A stretch of DNA of 55,952 nucleotides from contig JBNGIO010006279.1 in assembly GCA_049999805.1 (NCBI GenBank), positions 154,533 to 210,484 on the forward strand, in the 5' to 3' direction. This DNA comes from Folioceros fuciformis. Lineage: Eukaryota. Shown here piece by piece: positions 40,201-51,675 of the stretch. A model generated the notes under the pieces. That model was given only the letters and a program-made list of their open reading frames with translations. It had not been told where the DNA came from and did no database searches. Position 1 is the first letter of the stretch. Every line of letters starts with the position of its first letter. Position numbers and translations under genes: made by a program.

Positions 40201-40568
40201 TGGTCCATAGCTTCATGGTCGGAGAACGGAGAGAGGACATCGCTCTCAAGGTAGAGAGCACGAATGCTCGTGTGAAGCAGGAAGGGGGCCATGTACCGCA
40301 GACAAAATTGGTGTTGAAGCCCCTGGGTGAGCAGGAAAAGGAAGATGCACTATGTGGGCATGCTGAGAAGCTGGCGCTGGCGTTCGGTCTGTTGAACACT
40401 CCGAGAGGGACACCTCTGGTGGTAACGAAGAATCTACGCATGTGCAGCGATTGCCACAGTTCCACGGAGGTCATGTCAAGGCTTGAGCAGAGAGACATTG
40501 TTGTAAGGGATGGGTACCGTGTGCATCGATTCTCCAGTGGTGGTTGCAGTTGCAAAGGTCGAGCGTGA
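37248..40568 (+). CDS. PLS-class pentatricopeptide repeat protein with E1/E2 and DYW:KP (GRP-type) deaminase-like domain; intronless; start codon uncertain
   Basis: Tandem P-L-S motifs (VVTWNALIAGY / HVTFACLLKAC / TSLVDMYAKCG); KKPAVATVEV in place of the PG box; HAEKLA; KNLRMCSDCH; C-terminus CSCKGRA. Confidence 0.95.
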   Translation: MAAVWQPDPLWTQQIGVYTGILPGAPSHLVSGSLPLSYKASRGCSSVGSPGLPLPKTCVTWDRSYSDASCHGQQHWRKQFFLLDTTVWWDNRRGKKRSRFPDFRRNGSGEMLLSNNMSKPAWVDDQLVSWDMEMGIGASPVGSSSPSKPGLDRLAGSESGIVPAVTVSTLCQQGKLSEAVRALESLAQIHSAVSPALLYSVLKLCTARKDMVLGRRVHDLCVKLGYESNAYLGNHILRMYACGGRLEEAMTVLRRVGRPDAFMWFSIISAYTKHGRPKRAIQLYYEMRKSGVKADAHVFAAALQACAFAADLQSGREVHSDVLNSGIAANLFIGNSLVDMYAKCGELEDARQVFDRMASKNVVTWNSLIAGYAKQGLGHEALVVYGQMEQEGLLMADEFTFACLVKACASIGAQALQKGRELHSQIVRRELLESVVLGTCLVDMYAKCGELRDARQVFDRMAKKDVVTWNALISGYAKCGELEDARHIFDSLTTKDVVTWNALIAGYAQQGLGKEALLVYGKMEEAGLSLADHVTFVFLLKACGTTGALQKGRQLHSKIGERGLLHNVVVSTSLVDMYAKCGELGDARQVFDSLATKDVVAWTALISGYAQQGLGHEALVLYGEMEEAGLILADHVTFACLLKACGSTGAVQKGRQLHLQIVERNLLDDIVVGTCVVEMYAKCGELEDARQVFDSLPKKNVVTWNALIAGYAQQGLGQEALLVYGEMEEAGLIVADHVTFSCLLKACGSTGALQKGRQLHSQIVERGLLDKVVVGTSLVDMYAKCGELEDARQVFDSLAAKNVVTWNALIGGYGTCDEGHKALACFEDMLVAGIQPDDATFTCLLVACSHEGLVHEGLRYFDSMAAQHGIKPTLEHYTCMVDLLGRAGHLQEAEKMLQSCEGHSNVVGLTALLNACKSHGDIERARRCFESIVKLDPQNTSAHVLMASAFADAGMWKDVDRIETHRMVAGANKKPAVATVEVNKLVHSFMVGERREDIALKVESTNARVKQEGGHVPQTKLVLKPLGEQEKEDALCGHAEKLALAFGLLNTPRGTPLVVTKNLRMCSDCHSSTEVMSRLEQRDIVVRDGYRVHRFSSGGCSCKGRA
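38260..39690 (+). repeat. Near-identical ~306-bp tandem units (P-L-S triplets) inside the PPR gene
   Basis: ggacatgta(c/t)gc(a/g)aa(a/g)tgtgg(c/t)gaactg...gatgcacgccaggtttt recurs at ~38261, 38573, 38972, 39278 and 39584 (spacing 312, 399, 306, 306). Confidence 0.9.
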
Positions 40569-41051
40569 AGGAACAAAAGGGGGAAGTAATTGCCGCCAAG
40601 CCTACTTTGTGCTACTCCTGAGCGTTATTTTCTTTCTGGAGAGTGGACATGCTAGCTTGACTCCCGTAAGGGCGCACTAATCAACATGGGTGACCTCGAG
40701 AAGCTACACCTTGCCATTTCTTAGCCCAATCTTGAAGACCTTTTATAGTTAGGCCTTTCTTAGTGCCAAAGAGAGCAGTAATTGAGAATCAATGTACAAG
40801 ACCACCAAGGAATGCTGAAATCAGAGAAGGTTTTGCGTCGTAATACGTAACTGGAGTTCCAATGCCACAGACGCATCTGTCGCATTTCCTTGTCTTTTTT
40901 TGTTCTCTTCTTTGGCCTCTATGAGGGACTCCCCTTTTTTTTTGCTTTCTTTGAAACACAATCTGGGAGAACTGAATACTTTGGCTGTCACATGATTAGT
41001 GTATACATAGATATGGAGATAGACGCGGGCTTAAAGCATTTTATTGTTGTA

Positions 41052-41173
41052 AATGGTACAAGTTGTGAAGAACCAGCCCCATTTTGCTGCTGTCAATGGT
41101 ACAAGTTGTTAAGGACCAAGCCTGCGACTTTGACTGGTACAAGGTACAAGTTGTTAGGCACCAAGCCCACGAC
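41052..41173. repeat. Short degenerate tandem repeat (~44-bp period, 3 copies)
   Basis: ggtacaagttgt(g/t)a(a/g)g(a/g/c)acca(a)gcc occurs at ~41055, ~41098 and ~41143. Confidence 0.7.
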
Positions 41174-41734
41174 ATTCAATATTATCTACGCGGGTTGTTA
41201 AGGAGCAAACTCGCGAGGGAAACCATTCTTAGCAAATTTCAATAAAATCATCTGCTTCGCACGCACAACGGAAAGAGTCCCATAGAAGCCTATGGTATAT
41301 GAATTTAGGTCCCCCGAGATATCACTGCCTTCTTCCTTCAACAAATACCATACATTACCAGCGTAACTGGACGGACCCACCCCGACCTCACCGAAACAGC
41401 CACCTAAGGCCGTTCAGGGGAAGATTGCAGAACTTTTAAGCATTATGGAGGAAATACCCCTTTCTCACATGCGAAGAGATTTGACGAACAGAGGGCCCAC
41501 TTCAGGTTACTCTTCTACATACCGGCCTACAAAATGTTCCACTGTTACCCTCTATTGTACACGTTACCTGATGGTGGGTCTTCATGCTTTCACAAATCCG
41601 AAGCTTAAACAGCCTTTACGGCTGAAGGAACCACTGCCAATGTACCTCGACAGAAGGAGCGATGTTAGATGCTATCACGTTGTAATGCTGACGAAGCAGA
41701 TGTCACGTCGGAAGAAGCTGCTCACCTCTACAGG

Positions 41735-44700
41735 TTAAAGAATCTGCTGTAGATCAGCATCCTGCCGTGCAAGCTCAAGCAACATAGGATCATCGAAGAA
41801 CTTGTTGATGCTCACGTCTTCACTCATGCCCTGGTCGTACAACACACGAGTTATAAGTTGGATAGGTCGGAGAGTGTGTTTGGCGAATGACAAGTTCTGC
41901 CAAGTATACCTTGCGTCTCCTTGTTTTGACCATGAACTCCCGCGCAAGATGTTGCACTGGAGCAGGTTCAAGAGGTCGCAAGACCACAGATTTATCAAGA
42001 GGATCGCCAGGCACAATAGACCAGTGGTCGAACACTGACAAGCAGAAGGCTTGTCCTTGGGTATGGTATCGCAGATCCGTCTCAAACCCAAAAGACTCTA
42101 TTACTGGTAAGAAAGCCTGCACACAAGATCAACCCATTCAAAGTGATATCGCGTAGTCATTTACTCCCACAGCCTCTTAGATAGAAACAGGGAACACACT
42201 GGCAGACCTTCACGATGTAGGATGGGGTCCCGGGTTTTGGGACATCTGCCGTAACATGCCCTCGACGACGGGCTAGCACGGTGTGAATTGCTGACATGCA
42301 ATCAGCAGGCGTTTGAATCTGTAAATCAGCACAAAGTGGGGTAAGCAAGACAAGTAGAGGGCCATCAAACGTTGAAGGTCCAGGTAAATACAAGGTGCAG
42401 TTGCCAACAAGCACTGGACACTACCTCAACAGCATACACAGGTTCCATTAACCTTGGTGTGGCCATGAGGAAAGCAGAATAGGCAACACGCCTTGAGGTG
42501 GGAATGATTTGCCCGCCACCCCGATGAAGAGGTTCTTGAGCGATTGTGGCATCAAGGATCTTGAACTTAACATTCCTAATCGGTTCATCGCAGAGGGGAC
42601 CTTCCCGAGCTCCCCATTGGAATCTGCAGTGAGGCAAGAAGAGTATGAACAACGAAAGTCGATTCCAATGTAAATAAAATCCAGAAACAAAATTCCGCAA
42701 ATGATAACACGCACCCTTGGACAATTGAATCCTTGACTGCAGTCAGTAGACCTTTATCCACTTCACTTGGCAGCGTATCGTCAAGAAGAATATTAGGTCC
42801 CTAAAAGCAGTAAAAGGAAAAATGCAAAAAGTGAATATTACTCTACGGCATCAAATCTAGATAGCACCAACCGAGAAAATCCTCCATAGCAGACACTTTC
42901 TGGAGGACACTACCTGCTTATCTGGTCCAAATGCCCAGATGGAGCGAGCAGCTAAGAGATCCCATTCGTACTTTGTTTGAAAGAAGTCGCCGAGCCTTTT
43001 TCTTGGCCAATCCACGCACACAACTCCATTCTCGATGTCCTCAGCCAGACCCTTCTCCAACGGCTCTGCTATCTGATAAAGATCAGAATCACTGTCAATC
43101 CAGCAACTTGAAGTCAAAATAACCGGTATAAGGTGCTCCACTTGGGACAGGAGGCAATGCTGCGCTTTCACCTCACCACTTCCCAAAAATGAAATACGTG
43201 GACGAGAATCCATACCATTGTAAGTTTGTTCTTTTTGTTCGGAGTCTCTGCAAAGCACTTCAGGGACGAGGTTTCTACAACTGTCTCACAGAAAGATACG
43301 ACTGGATCCGCCACCTGCACAGATACACTTCCACAGTTTGAAAACAGAGACGACAACTTGCCTGTAATACATCTTCGAAACCACTGCTGACCTTAACTTC
43401 AACTTCTGAATAGAGCTCCCGCAAGTCCTTCATGATAGAATCCAGAAATATCTCTCCAGTGCCAAGAATAGTGTGCTCTCCAGATTCTTCCACTTTAGTG
43501 ATTGCCAGTGGATAGCTTTTGCTAATCTTCCTTAAGCCTTCTACCATCTTAGGAAGTTCACTAGGATTTAGGGGTTCTGTAGCCGTCTTCACTATGGAAA
43601 GGGTATTAAACTTCAAAGGGCGAAAGATATACACATCCTCAGGATAATCCTTTAGACACAAAGTCGCAGTTTTTGTGATGGATGCATCAACCCCTTCAAT
43701 AAGAACCCACGAGCCAGCAGGTGCTTTGCTGACTGGTATTCGGTACCGGGCTTGATACACCCACAACTTGGTTACCTCCTTCACAGCCATATCCTCCTCA
43801 TCATCAGGAGAATAGTTCTCACCCAGAACTCTGACAGATTGTCCAGTATGAATAGTTCCACTCACAACTCTGCCAAAGGAATCAAACACACTGCAGTCAC
43901 TTTTTGGATACAACTTAGTGACATTCACCATAAGAGGACCTTTCGAGTCACAATCTTTCATGGACCGCACAATCTTTGAATCAAGCGGACCTGTATAGGT
44001 GTGCTCCACTTTTGTTACAGCCGCATCTTTGGCAGAAGGTATATGTCGCACCAGCATATCTGTGAACCCAGTAGCAGCACCGAAGACTGCACTACATGCC
44101 AGTTTCAGCAAAGGCTTAACATTCAACTTGTATGCAGAGTTGCTTAACGTCACTCCTAGCTCTTCCAATGTCATCTCTACGCTCTTCCTGTGCTCTCCTA
44201 TGACCTGGCTGTAGATTTTATACAGAGGTTCCAGAACGAATTGTACAAAAGTCCTTTCCACACCTGTACTAGGGGGCTTCCTCTTGAACGTCCGTGAATC
44301 GCGATGATAATACATATCTCCCCATAACTTAGCCGCAAATTTGTCAGAATCAAAAGGGATCCCATGGAGCTTCACATACAGCTTTGAAAACGATTGCAGA
44401 GTGAAGGACCAGCCAGCAGTCGCACTAGCAAAGCATACATTTCCCAAAACAGGATCCACGGTCTTTGGTCCATCCACTCCACCTGAATACAAAGACAACA
44501 AGCTGTTCACGTCTTCAAGAGTGTGGCGCAACTTGTGGTACGCATCAGTAGGAGGTAACTTCAACTCAGTGATCAACCTATCGACCTGCATTGGAACGGA
44601 CAATGCATGCATTTTTTAAGGTTCAGACTTGACAGCTCCATATATGCAAAACACGATATGAAGGCTTCCAGTGGGTACCTTGTTAATAACCAACACAATC

Positions 44701-45719
44701 GGCAACCTCTCTTGCATGGCATGCTTCATCGCCCTCTCCGTATTAAGCTGCCACATCCAGGGGCTGAGAATCAGCAACAAGCAGTACAGCACAGATGACC
44801 AAGGCTCGTGGCTACAACACCAGTAGAGAAACAAACAGACCACCACGGGCACTCATCGAGCAGACTTAGAACCAAGCATTCCAACAGCAGCAAACAAGGA
44901 CTCCCAAAACCCTAGACGGGGTTTAAGCTCCTCTCCCCTGGCCTGAAGCATTACCATAACTCCCTCCACCGCATCCACAACCAACACGGCCCCGTCCGCC
45001 AGCCGCAACGCGGCTGTCATCTCATCCGAGAAATTCACGTGCCCCGGTGTGTCCATCAAATTGCACAGATAGGACTTGCCGCCACTGTCCTCCAACACCA
45101 GCGACATCGGCATGCCCTTAATGGAAATTTGTCGCTCTTGCTCATCAATCCTAGTATCCGTGTACCGCAGATGCTTCTCGCTGTTAGGGTCCAAGGTGGT
45201 AATGTCGTGCGTCTGCTCCACCAGCATGTCCATTATCAGCGTCTTGCCGTGGTGCACGTGGCCGACCAAAGCCACATTGCGCACCAGCGCTGGGTTGGCC
45301 AATAGGCCGAGCAGGAAGTCCGTCTGCACGTAAGTGCTGAGCCCCTCCCGCATTGCCACCTCGAATTTCTTCGCCCTCACCGGCTTGATGATAGGCTCCT
45401 CCAGCGGCTGAGCGTCCTCGTCCATCACCAGCGTCTCCACACCCTCCCCGTACACCTCCATCGCCGTCGGGTAGTACTTCTTGTCCTCCGCCAGCACCAC
45501 CGCGCCGCTGTTCTCCACCTCCATGTCGTCCTCCTGCTGCTCCGACCCATCCAGCCTCGCCAGCCATGCCTCGTCTGATCCCCCGTTCTCCGCTCCTACC
45601 CCTCGCCTCTGCCTCTGCCTATCCTCCTCCTCCTCCTCCTCCGCCTCCGACTCATTATCATCGGACTCGATTTCCGGCCCGATGTAGTTCCCGAACTCGT
45701 CATACAAACTATCGTCCAT
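41735..45719 (-). CDS. GFA1: U5 snRNP 116-kDa GTPase Snu114/EFTUD2 (GFA1/CLO orthologue), multi-exon
   Basis: [110 protein letters not shown]; ends DLQQIL-stop. Confidence 0.96.
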
Positions 45720-46111
45720 CTCGCCTGATTCACCTTCTGTCCCGGGACTTCGTCGATCTATCAACGCTGCGCTCTCAGTGGAGCTCTCACCCGAGCTCGC
45801 TCGTCGGAGCGGCCTCGCTCGAATGACCCCGTTCCCGCGCAGGCAGCTACCCTAACCGTGGTTGGGTCATGTTAACCAGCCTGTGGTCGCTGCTTTGATA
45901 CGCATGTACACACATACGTCGCTTCTTCTGTACGAACATTGAATAAAATAGGTACTCTACTCGTCTCCCTCTGTTGGTCGTCGTTTGGTTGCTGGTGTTC
46001 TCGCAGCGATGGGAGGAGACAAGCAACCGCGGGGCTGAGGCCGTGGGGCGGAGAAACGGCGCGGGAAGATGTTCAAGAGCGTTGGAGCGTGAAGCGGACG
46101 GATTTGAAGCG

Positions 46112-47598
46112 ATGGGAATGGAGGGTGGCTTGGAGGGCTTCGAGCCGGTGTACGGGCGGGCGGAGGGGCTGGAGCCGGAGGCAGCGGTACCGCACGCGAT
46201 GCTGCCCTTCATCTTTGCGCTGCGGTGCCCAGACTCGGGGCACGTGCAGGTGCAGGCCACTGATTTCCATTCCAACACCTGGCACGCGCTCAAGACGGTG
46301 GAGCAGCTGGAGTGGCTGGTGAGGGCTGAACCTTGTTTCGGTAGTTTTCAGTGGTGAATTGGCTTGGAGAGCAGGCTGATGGAGGGCGCAGGTGTTGTGA
46401 TTGGTTGCAGAGGGACGAGGTAGGAATTGGAGGATCGTGGAATGACTTCCTAGGATACTTGCGAGCCGCGTTTGGATCAGACAATGTGAAGCTCGTCCTC
46501 GGGGGCTCTTCTAGTGCTGTTGGCGGCCATGGTGCCTCTCCACCCATGTATGAAATGATGGAGTTTGGAAATCTGCTACAGGTGCTTTATGGTGTGATCG
46601 TGTGTGTGTTGACGCCACCCGTTGATGCTGTGTGGGGTTCGAGGTAGTGTGTGTTTCAAGAGAGTGGGAATGTACAGCTTGAATTTTGTTCTATTGCGGT
46701 AGAGTGGGTTTTCTCTTGTTCTCATGTTCGCGTTTGCGCTATGTATTGTGTGTAGGTGCCACCTCGGCCAAAATAGTTGCTCAGAAGGCAAAGGGATCAC
46801 CCAAAATCACTCTAACTCTGACTAGACTCGGGGGACCTTCGGCCAAGGATGTGATGGGGCAGATTGCCCTCGAGCTTTCGCAGTCCTACCGAAGTCAAGC
46901 TCAAGCCCTTGAAGATGGTCTGCTTGATCGCCAGTCTTGTAGTTTGATCTGATAAAAGCAATGGGGCGAGCTTGGCTAATCTTGTCTTTGCAACGTTGAC
47001 AGAAAAGAATCGAGCCAATTCCTTGGCATCTGCTCTAGCAGATGAGAAGGTAGATATGCTTTGTCACGTTATCCGAGCAAGCTTGTACTAGTTGTGTGTT
47101 TGAGGAATTTGTGACTCTTCTGCTTGTTTCTTGTGCTCGCAGGAAAAGAACGACAAACTTCAACAGCAGATTGAGGCAACCACTTTCACTGGCAAGAAGC
47201 GGAAGCTGGGATCAGGTTCGCCAATTGCAGCCTCTCAAATCGCAGAGGAGTCCAATGGCTCATCCCTAAAGGCCTCGTCCCAGGCACCTGAAGTAGGTGG
47301 GACTTTGTACTAACTTTTGGACTGCATCAGGTTCAGGCGCTCGTGTTTCTTCTGGATCGTCTCACACTTCTTTTTTTTTTCTTGTAGGAAAAAAAGAAGA
47401 GGAACCTTCCAAGCCTCCCTTAGGTCGACAGAAGATGAGATTGATCCCACCTTCTGCGAGGAGGTATGGCATGCTGTCTGCCGTTCGGTGAATCTTGCGA
47501 GAGTACCGCTGCTGTTTAGTTGAGCGTGTTGCTTCTCTTCTTTCAGGGGTAAACGGAAAGGAACAACAATAGCCGCTGATGACGTCGAGGAAAGTTGA
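46112..47598 (+). CDS. Plant PAXX-like NHEJ factor (At5g64010-type family), multi-exon
   Basis: FEPVYG...QVQATDFHSNTW...L|RDEVGIGGSWNDFLGYLRAAFGSDNVKL...AKIVAQKAKGSPKITLTL matches the recalled family consensus (RDxVGIGGSW; QKAKG). GT-AG introns at 46319-46410 and 46532-46755; basic C-terminal RR|GKRKG tail and TGA at 47596-47598. Confidence 0.7.
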
Positions 47599-48687
47599 CT
47601 TGGCTGGTAGAGAGGGCCAGTTTCCAGAGAACTGGCAAACTGTGCTTTTCTGGTAGTTTGCCAGTGCCGGAGATTCACGGGTTGCAAAGGCCCGAGTGAG
47701 CTTCCCCTGCTGATATCACGTGCTCACGGTTACATTTTTTGTGAAGGCCATTTCCGCTCCTGCTAGGCTCAGGCTCACCATGATCCATCTCAGATCCAAG
47801 GATACGAGGTGCTCACCGACCCAAGCTGGCCTGAACTTGTTTAATCACAGCACCTCGCCGGTCCGTAACGCTGAAGTCAGAAGCCCGGAAGCTTTTCGTG
47901 TCTCGTCTGATGTCCCACCATATGGGTAGGGTCCAGGAGAAGAGTTTGCTACAAAGTGCTCCGACACCCGGACCATGGTTGGTACCCTGTCCCCACCATG
48001 GCCAGGTGGAATCGAGAACTCCTGCCGAACCGAGAAGTATCCGTTTGTGAGTCCGTCGGTTTCCTCCAAGGACTTCTCATTGGTCGGCTTTTGTGACATG
48101 TGGACTGTTTTTGCCTCTGCTTTCTGCTTCCGTGTCTTTGTCTCAAATTTTGGATCAAGCACTGAGGTGAGTGTAGGAAATTTATCATCAAACCGACAGC
48201 ACAGTGCATTCGACGATGTTGAGGGTTCTGGTGAAAGGCCTCTATGTACCGTGCCTCTGATGTGGTTGAGTGATCGTCTTTATCAAGCATTGCGCCAGGT
48301 CTTTGCTTGCTCCAGTTAGCGTAGAAGCAACAGTTTACTCTTGGATCAGGACAGATGGAAGGTAACAAGTCTGATCGCGCCATTGCTCTGTCAGGGCAAA
48401 TTAACGTTCCCATCACGATCCAGAGGCGATCCATATCCTCCGCGAACAAAGGATTGTAAGCACCTGAACAACTGCTGAGCCGCTCGACCGTGAGGCCTGC
48501 AGGGCAGCAGGCGCCTGATGAAGAAGAGCATTTGCTTCACTCTTGTGTGTTTCGATTCACGGGGCGTACCTTCACGAACACCTGATTTCCAGCTCATCCT
48601 TTCCTCTTGCAGAAGAAGGATGACGTCGCGGGAAGACCTCGACCTTCCGCAGCAAGAACGGACATGTGAAATGCTTGTACCACCTTG

Positions 48688-49225
48688 ATCAATCCGCGCT
48701 CTTACCGGACCTCTGCGATCCGTTCCCCGTGCAGGCAGCTGCCCTGACCGTGGTCCAGTACGGCGGGTTGGTTGTTGTTGATTGCTGCTTCCCTTGCAGC
48801 GACGACAAACAGGCATGCGATGGGGATGGAGGGAGCTTGGAAAAATTCGAGGCCGTGGACGGGCGGAACTGGGAATTCGTGGTTCGTGGCATGATTTTCT
48901 AGGGTTTGTCCGAGGCGCGGCGCGTTTGGATCAGATCATGCGAAGCTCTTCCCTGCTTGCTCTTCTCGTGCTGTAGGGGGATCGTAATCCCGCCCTACCA
49001 TGCATGAAACGATGAAGTTAGCAAATCTGCTACAGGTGCGTTTCGGTGTCATGGTCTGTATGTTAACCCGCCCTTTGATGCTGTGTGAAGTTTGAGGTAG
49101 TGGGGATGCACAGCATGGTTTGCATTGCAGTAACGGTTGTGTGTCAAGCTTTTTGAGTTCTTTGTTGTTCGTATGTTCTCGTCTGTGTGGTGTGTGTTGT
49201 CTGTATAGGTGCCACTTGGCTAACT
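48688..49225 (+). pseudogene. Decayed partial tandem duplicate of the Snu114/PAXX-like intergenic region and the 5' part of the PAXX-like gene
   Basis: Colinear similarity to ~45757-46775, e.g. ccgttccccgtgcaggcagctgccctgaccgtgg vs ccgttcccgcgcaggcagctaccctaaccgtgg; gcgtttggatcaga; aaatctgctacaggtgc; taggtgccac. It includes intron sequence and has internal deletions. Confidence 0.8.
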
Positions 49226-49686
49226 TAAAGACCTTGCCATGTTCAGGTGTTTTTCTTGGGAAGAACAATCCAGGTTTCTTTGCAGAAGGTACGTATGGCA
49301 TGCTGCTCTGCAGATTTGTGAGGAGAGGCCGAGGACTACAGCTGCTGTTTACTGAACCGGGATCTTTCCCTCCTTGCAGAGGTGGACGGAAGGAAACAAC
49401 CATAGCTGCTCATGATCCCTCCAGTACAAGGAAGTAGCGCTTTCAACCTTGAGGACGATGCTTGGTGTCCACGTTCTTGCTTCTGGTGAACAGATCTTGC
49501 TGTCTTCAGCAGGGAACTGCACAGTTGGCGAAGGTGGTTCGACACACCTGCACCTTTCGGTTTTCAGTGTAATACATGGAACCAAACGTCGAGTATACAG
49601 ATGGAGAATTGGCAGGCTGAGGGGCATTGCAGTATTGCTAATCTCTTGGCTATGGCTGTCAGCAGCATCTTAAGATCAGTTCGTAG

Positions 49687-51675
49687 CTAGTGCCTAGACT
49701 GCTTTTTATCAACAACCAGTTTTCCCGACGGCGTTCTAGTGAAGAGCCGATTGATAACATCATCCCAGTTGGTCTTGCTGGGAGCTTTGTCAGCAGCGAG
49801 CTTATCGCCGTCACCCACGAGACGACCCCTCTCGTTTGGCTCGCCCGTGTCATCGGGTACAGTCACATTTACGCTCTGCGTTCTTGGATCTTCAGAAAAC
49901 TCGCCGGATACTTGCCCCGGCCCTATGGCGATAGAGTTCTCGCTGCCGTCCATCTCATATCTGTCTGAATCAAATGTACCGTAGGAGGGGGAGAAGGCGA
50001 AGGGGACCTTGAGCGACACTGCCGTCTCCAAAGCTGTCTTGTGAGCCTTCTTATGCTCCTCGACCGTGGACTGCTGCCTCTCTACCTTCAGTGGTTGTGG
50101 CGCCTCCATGTCCACATCCGATTCCATCAGCTGCACGAAAGGCGAACTCAGCCCCTGCGACAATACCACATCCTTCCTTCCCCTTGCTGTCAGAGGCCCT
50201 AAGAAGCGTTACCTCCAGAGCTTTCTGACACTCCCTTTCGATGCATATGATGGAATGGTCGGAAGTTGCATTGCAGGACAGCACGACATGCTCGAACCTC
50301 CCCTTAACAGGGATGTCGCACTTAACCACAGGATCTCCACGCCCGCAACTGCATGCCGGCCAGGGCCTCCGTATCACAAAACTATCCCGAGTTCCTTCCC
50401 TCTGCACTAACCAACATAAGGGAGGAGCTAACATGCTTGCGCTTGCCTGCAAAACTTGCGCTCCACAACATGATAGACTCGTCCTGGCACATACAGCCTC
50501 CTCGGGTCTTTGAACATCCTCTCTTCGGAGATGCAAGTGTCCCGCACGCAACGGAAGCACAACAAGCAAGGCAAACTGTTCAACGCCACCAGGAAAACAA
50601 CAAGGTTGACAAGTTTGTTATCACGAAAGTAAAACAAGGAGCCCTGTTGCTCCACCTCTCTCCCTGCAAAATCAGTACAAACAAGAGTGCAAGCGGCCAT
50701 TACTGCTTCGAATTCCAGCTGAATCATGCCCTTTAATCAAGCACACAAAAACAGTCCGCCGCACGTACCAGAACAAGGAGCTGAAGATGTCCTCCAAGGG
50801 AGTAGAAGTGCGAGGCAGAAAATCATCCTGCCAGGACCACAACAAAATCCCAAAGTCCTGACCACGCAAGAGGACTCCAACAGCAGCACAAACTCCTGAT
50901 ACCCTTCCTCTCCTCTTGTCTCCTCTGACCACCATCCCTCACTCACCATGCTTGCTTACAAGGGACGCACCTGCAATATGACGGAGTTGATGACGTCCGC
51001 ATGCCGAACAGCCAGATTGAGCGACATACACCTGGGAGGAGCCAGGGCAAAGGCCCGGAGCCTCTTCCTGGAGATCTTGCCCAACCTATCCCTGTTACTG
51101 GCAACGACCAAGGTGGCCAAGGACGCGACCCCAGCTCCCAGCGAGTGCCCTGCTATGGAAACCGTATAATCCGGGTAGTCTCCGATCAAGGCCTTGAGGG
51201 TCTCTCCCTCCTGGTTGAGGAGCCAGGCGGCGGCCTTGAGCAAGCCGTTATGCACGTAGCCACCATCGAACATCTGCTTCCCCAAACTGTTATCCAACAA
51301 CATAGCGTAATCGCTTTCCTTGCCCAGATTCAAGCCCCGGATGGCCAGCACGATGTCCCTGTGATCGTGGTCCAGGTACAGCAGATAGGGCGGCGCATTC
51401 CCCGTCGTATCCGCATACTGCGCCTTCTTGAGCACGTTCTCCGGCTTCATTCTGTAGCCTCCCGGGGGCGCCCACTCCGGATTGGCCAAATCCTGCTCGT
51501 ACACCGCGAGAATGTAGCGGCACATCCGGGGCACGGGCTCGAACTCCTCCGCCTTTGCGGGCATCCACTCCTCGCTATCCAGCGCTCCCGTGTACAAGCA
51601 TCTCCTCCAGACCCACCTGGCGCAGCCCAGCACGTACACGCATTCCAGCAAGGGAATGCCGATCGCCAGCGACAT
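49687..51675 (-). CDS. Class 3 lipase (mono-/diacylglycerol lipase family with N-terminal domain), 5 exons
   Basis: IPLLECVYVLGCARW; LAIRGLNL; GYVHNGLL; nucleophile elbow GHSLGAG; APPRCMSLNLA; DDFLPRT; GRFEHVVLSCNATSDH. Confidence 0.9.

Noticed and set aside
41052-41173. Repeat-spacer-like pattern resembling a mini CRISPR array
   Set aside because: Only three degenerate copies with short uneven spacers, in a eukaryotic context with no cas genes; an ordinary minisatellite.
8935-47598. RAD50 and a PAXX-like gene in the same window as a DNA-repair cluster
   Set aside because: They are 30 kb apart with many unrelated genes between them, so proximity is most likely chance.
47845-48660. Short minus-strand ORFs (105-166 aa) between the PAXX-like gene and its duplicate
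   Set aside because: No recognisable motifs and no consistent exon chain.
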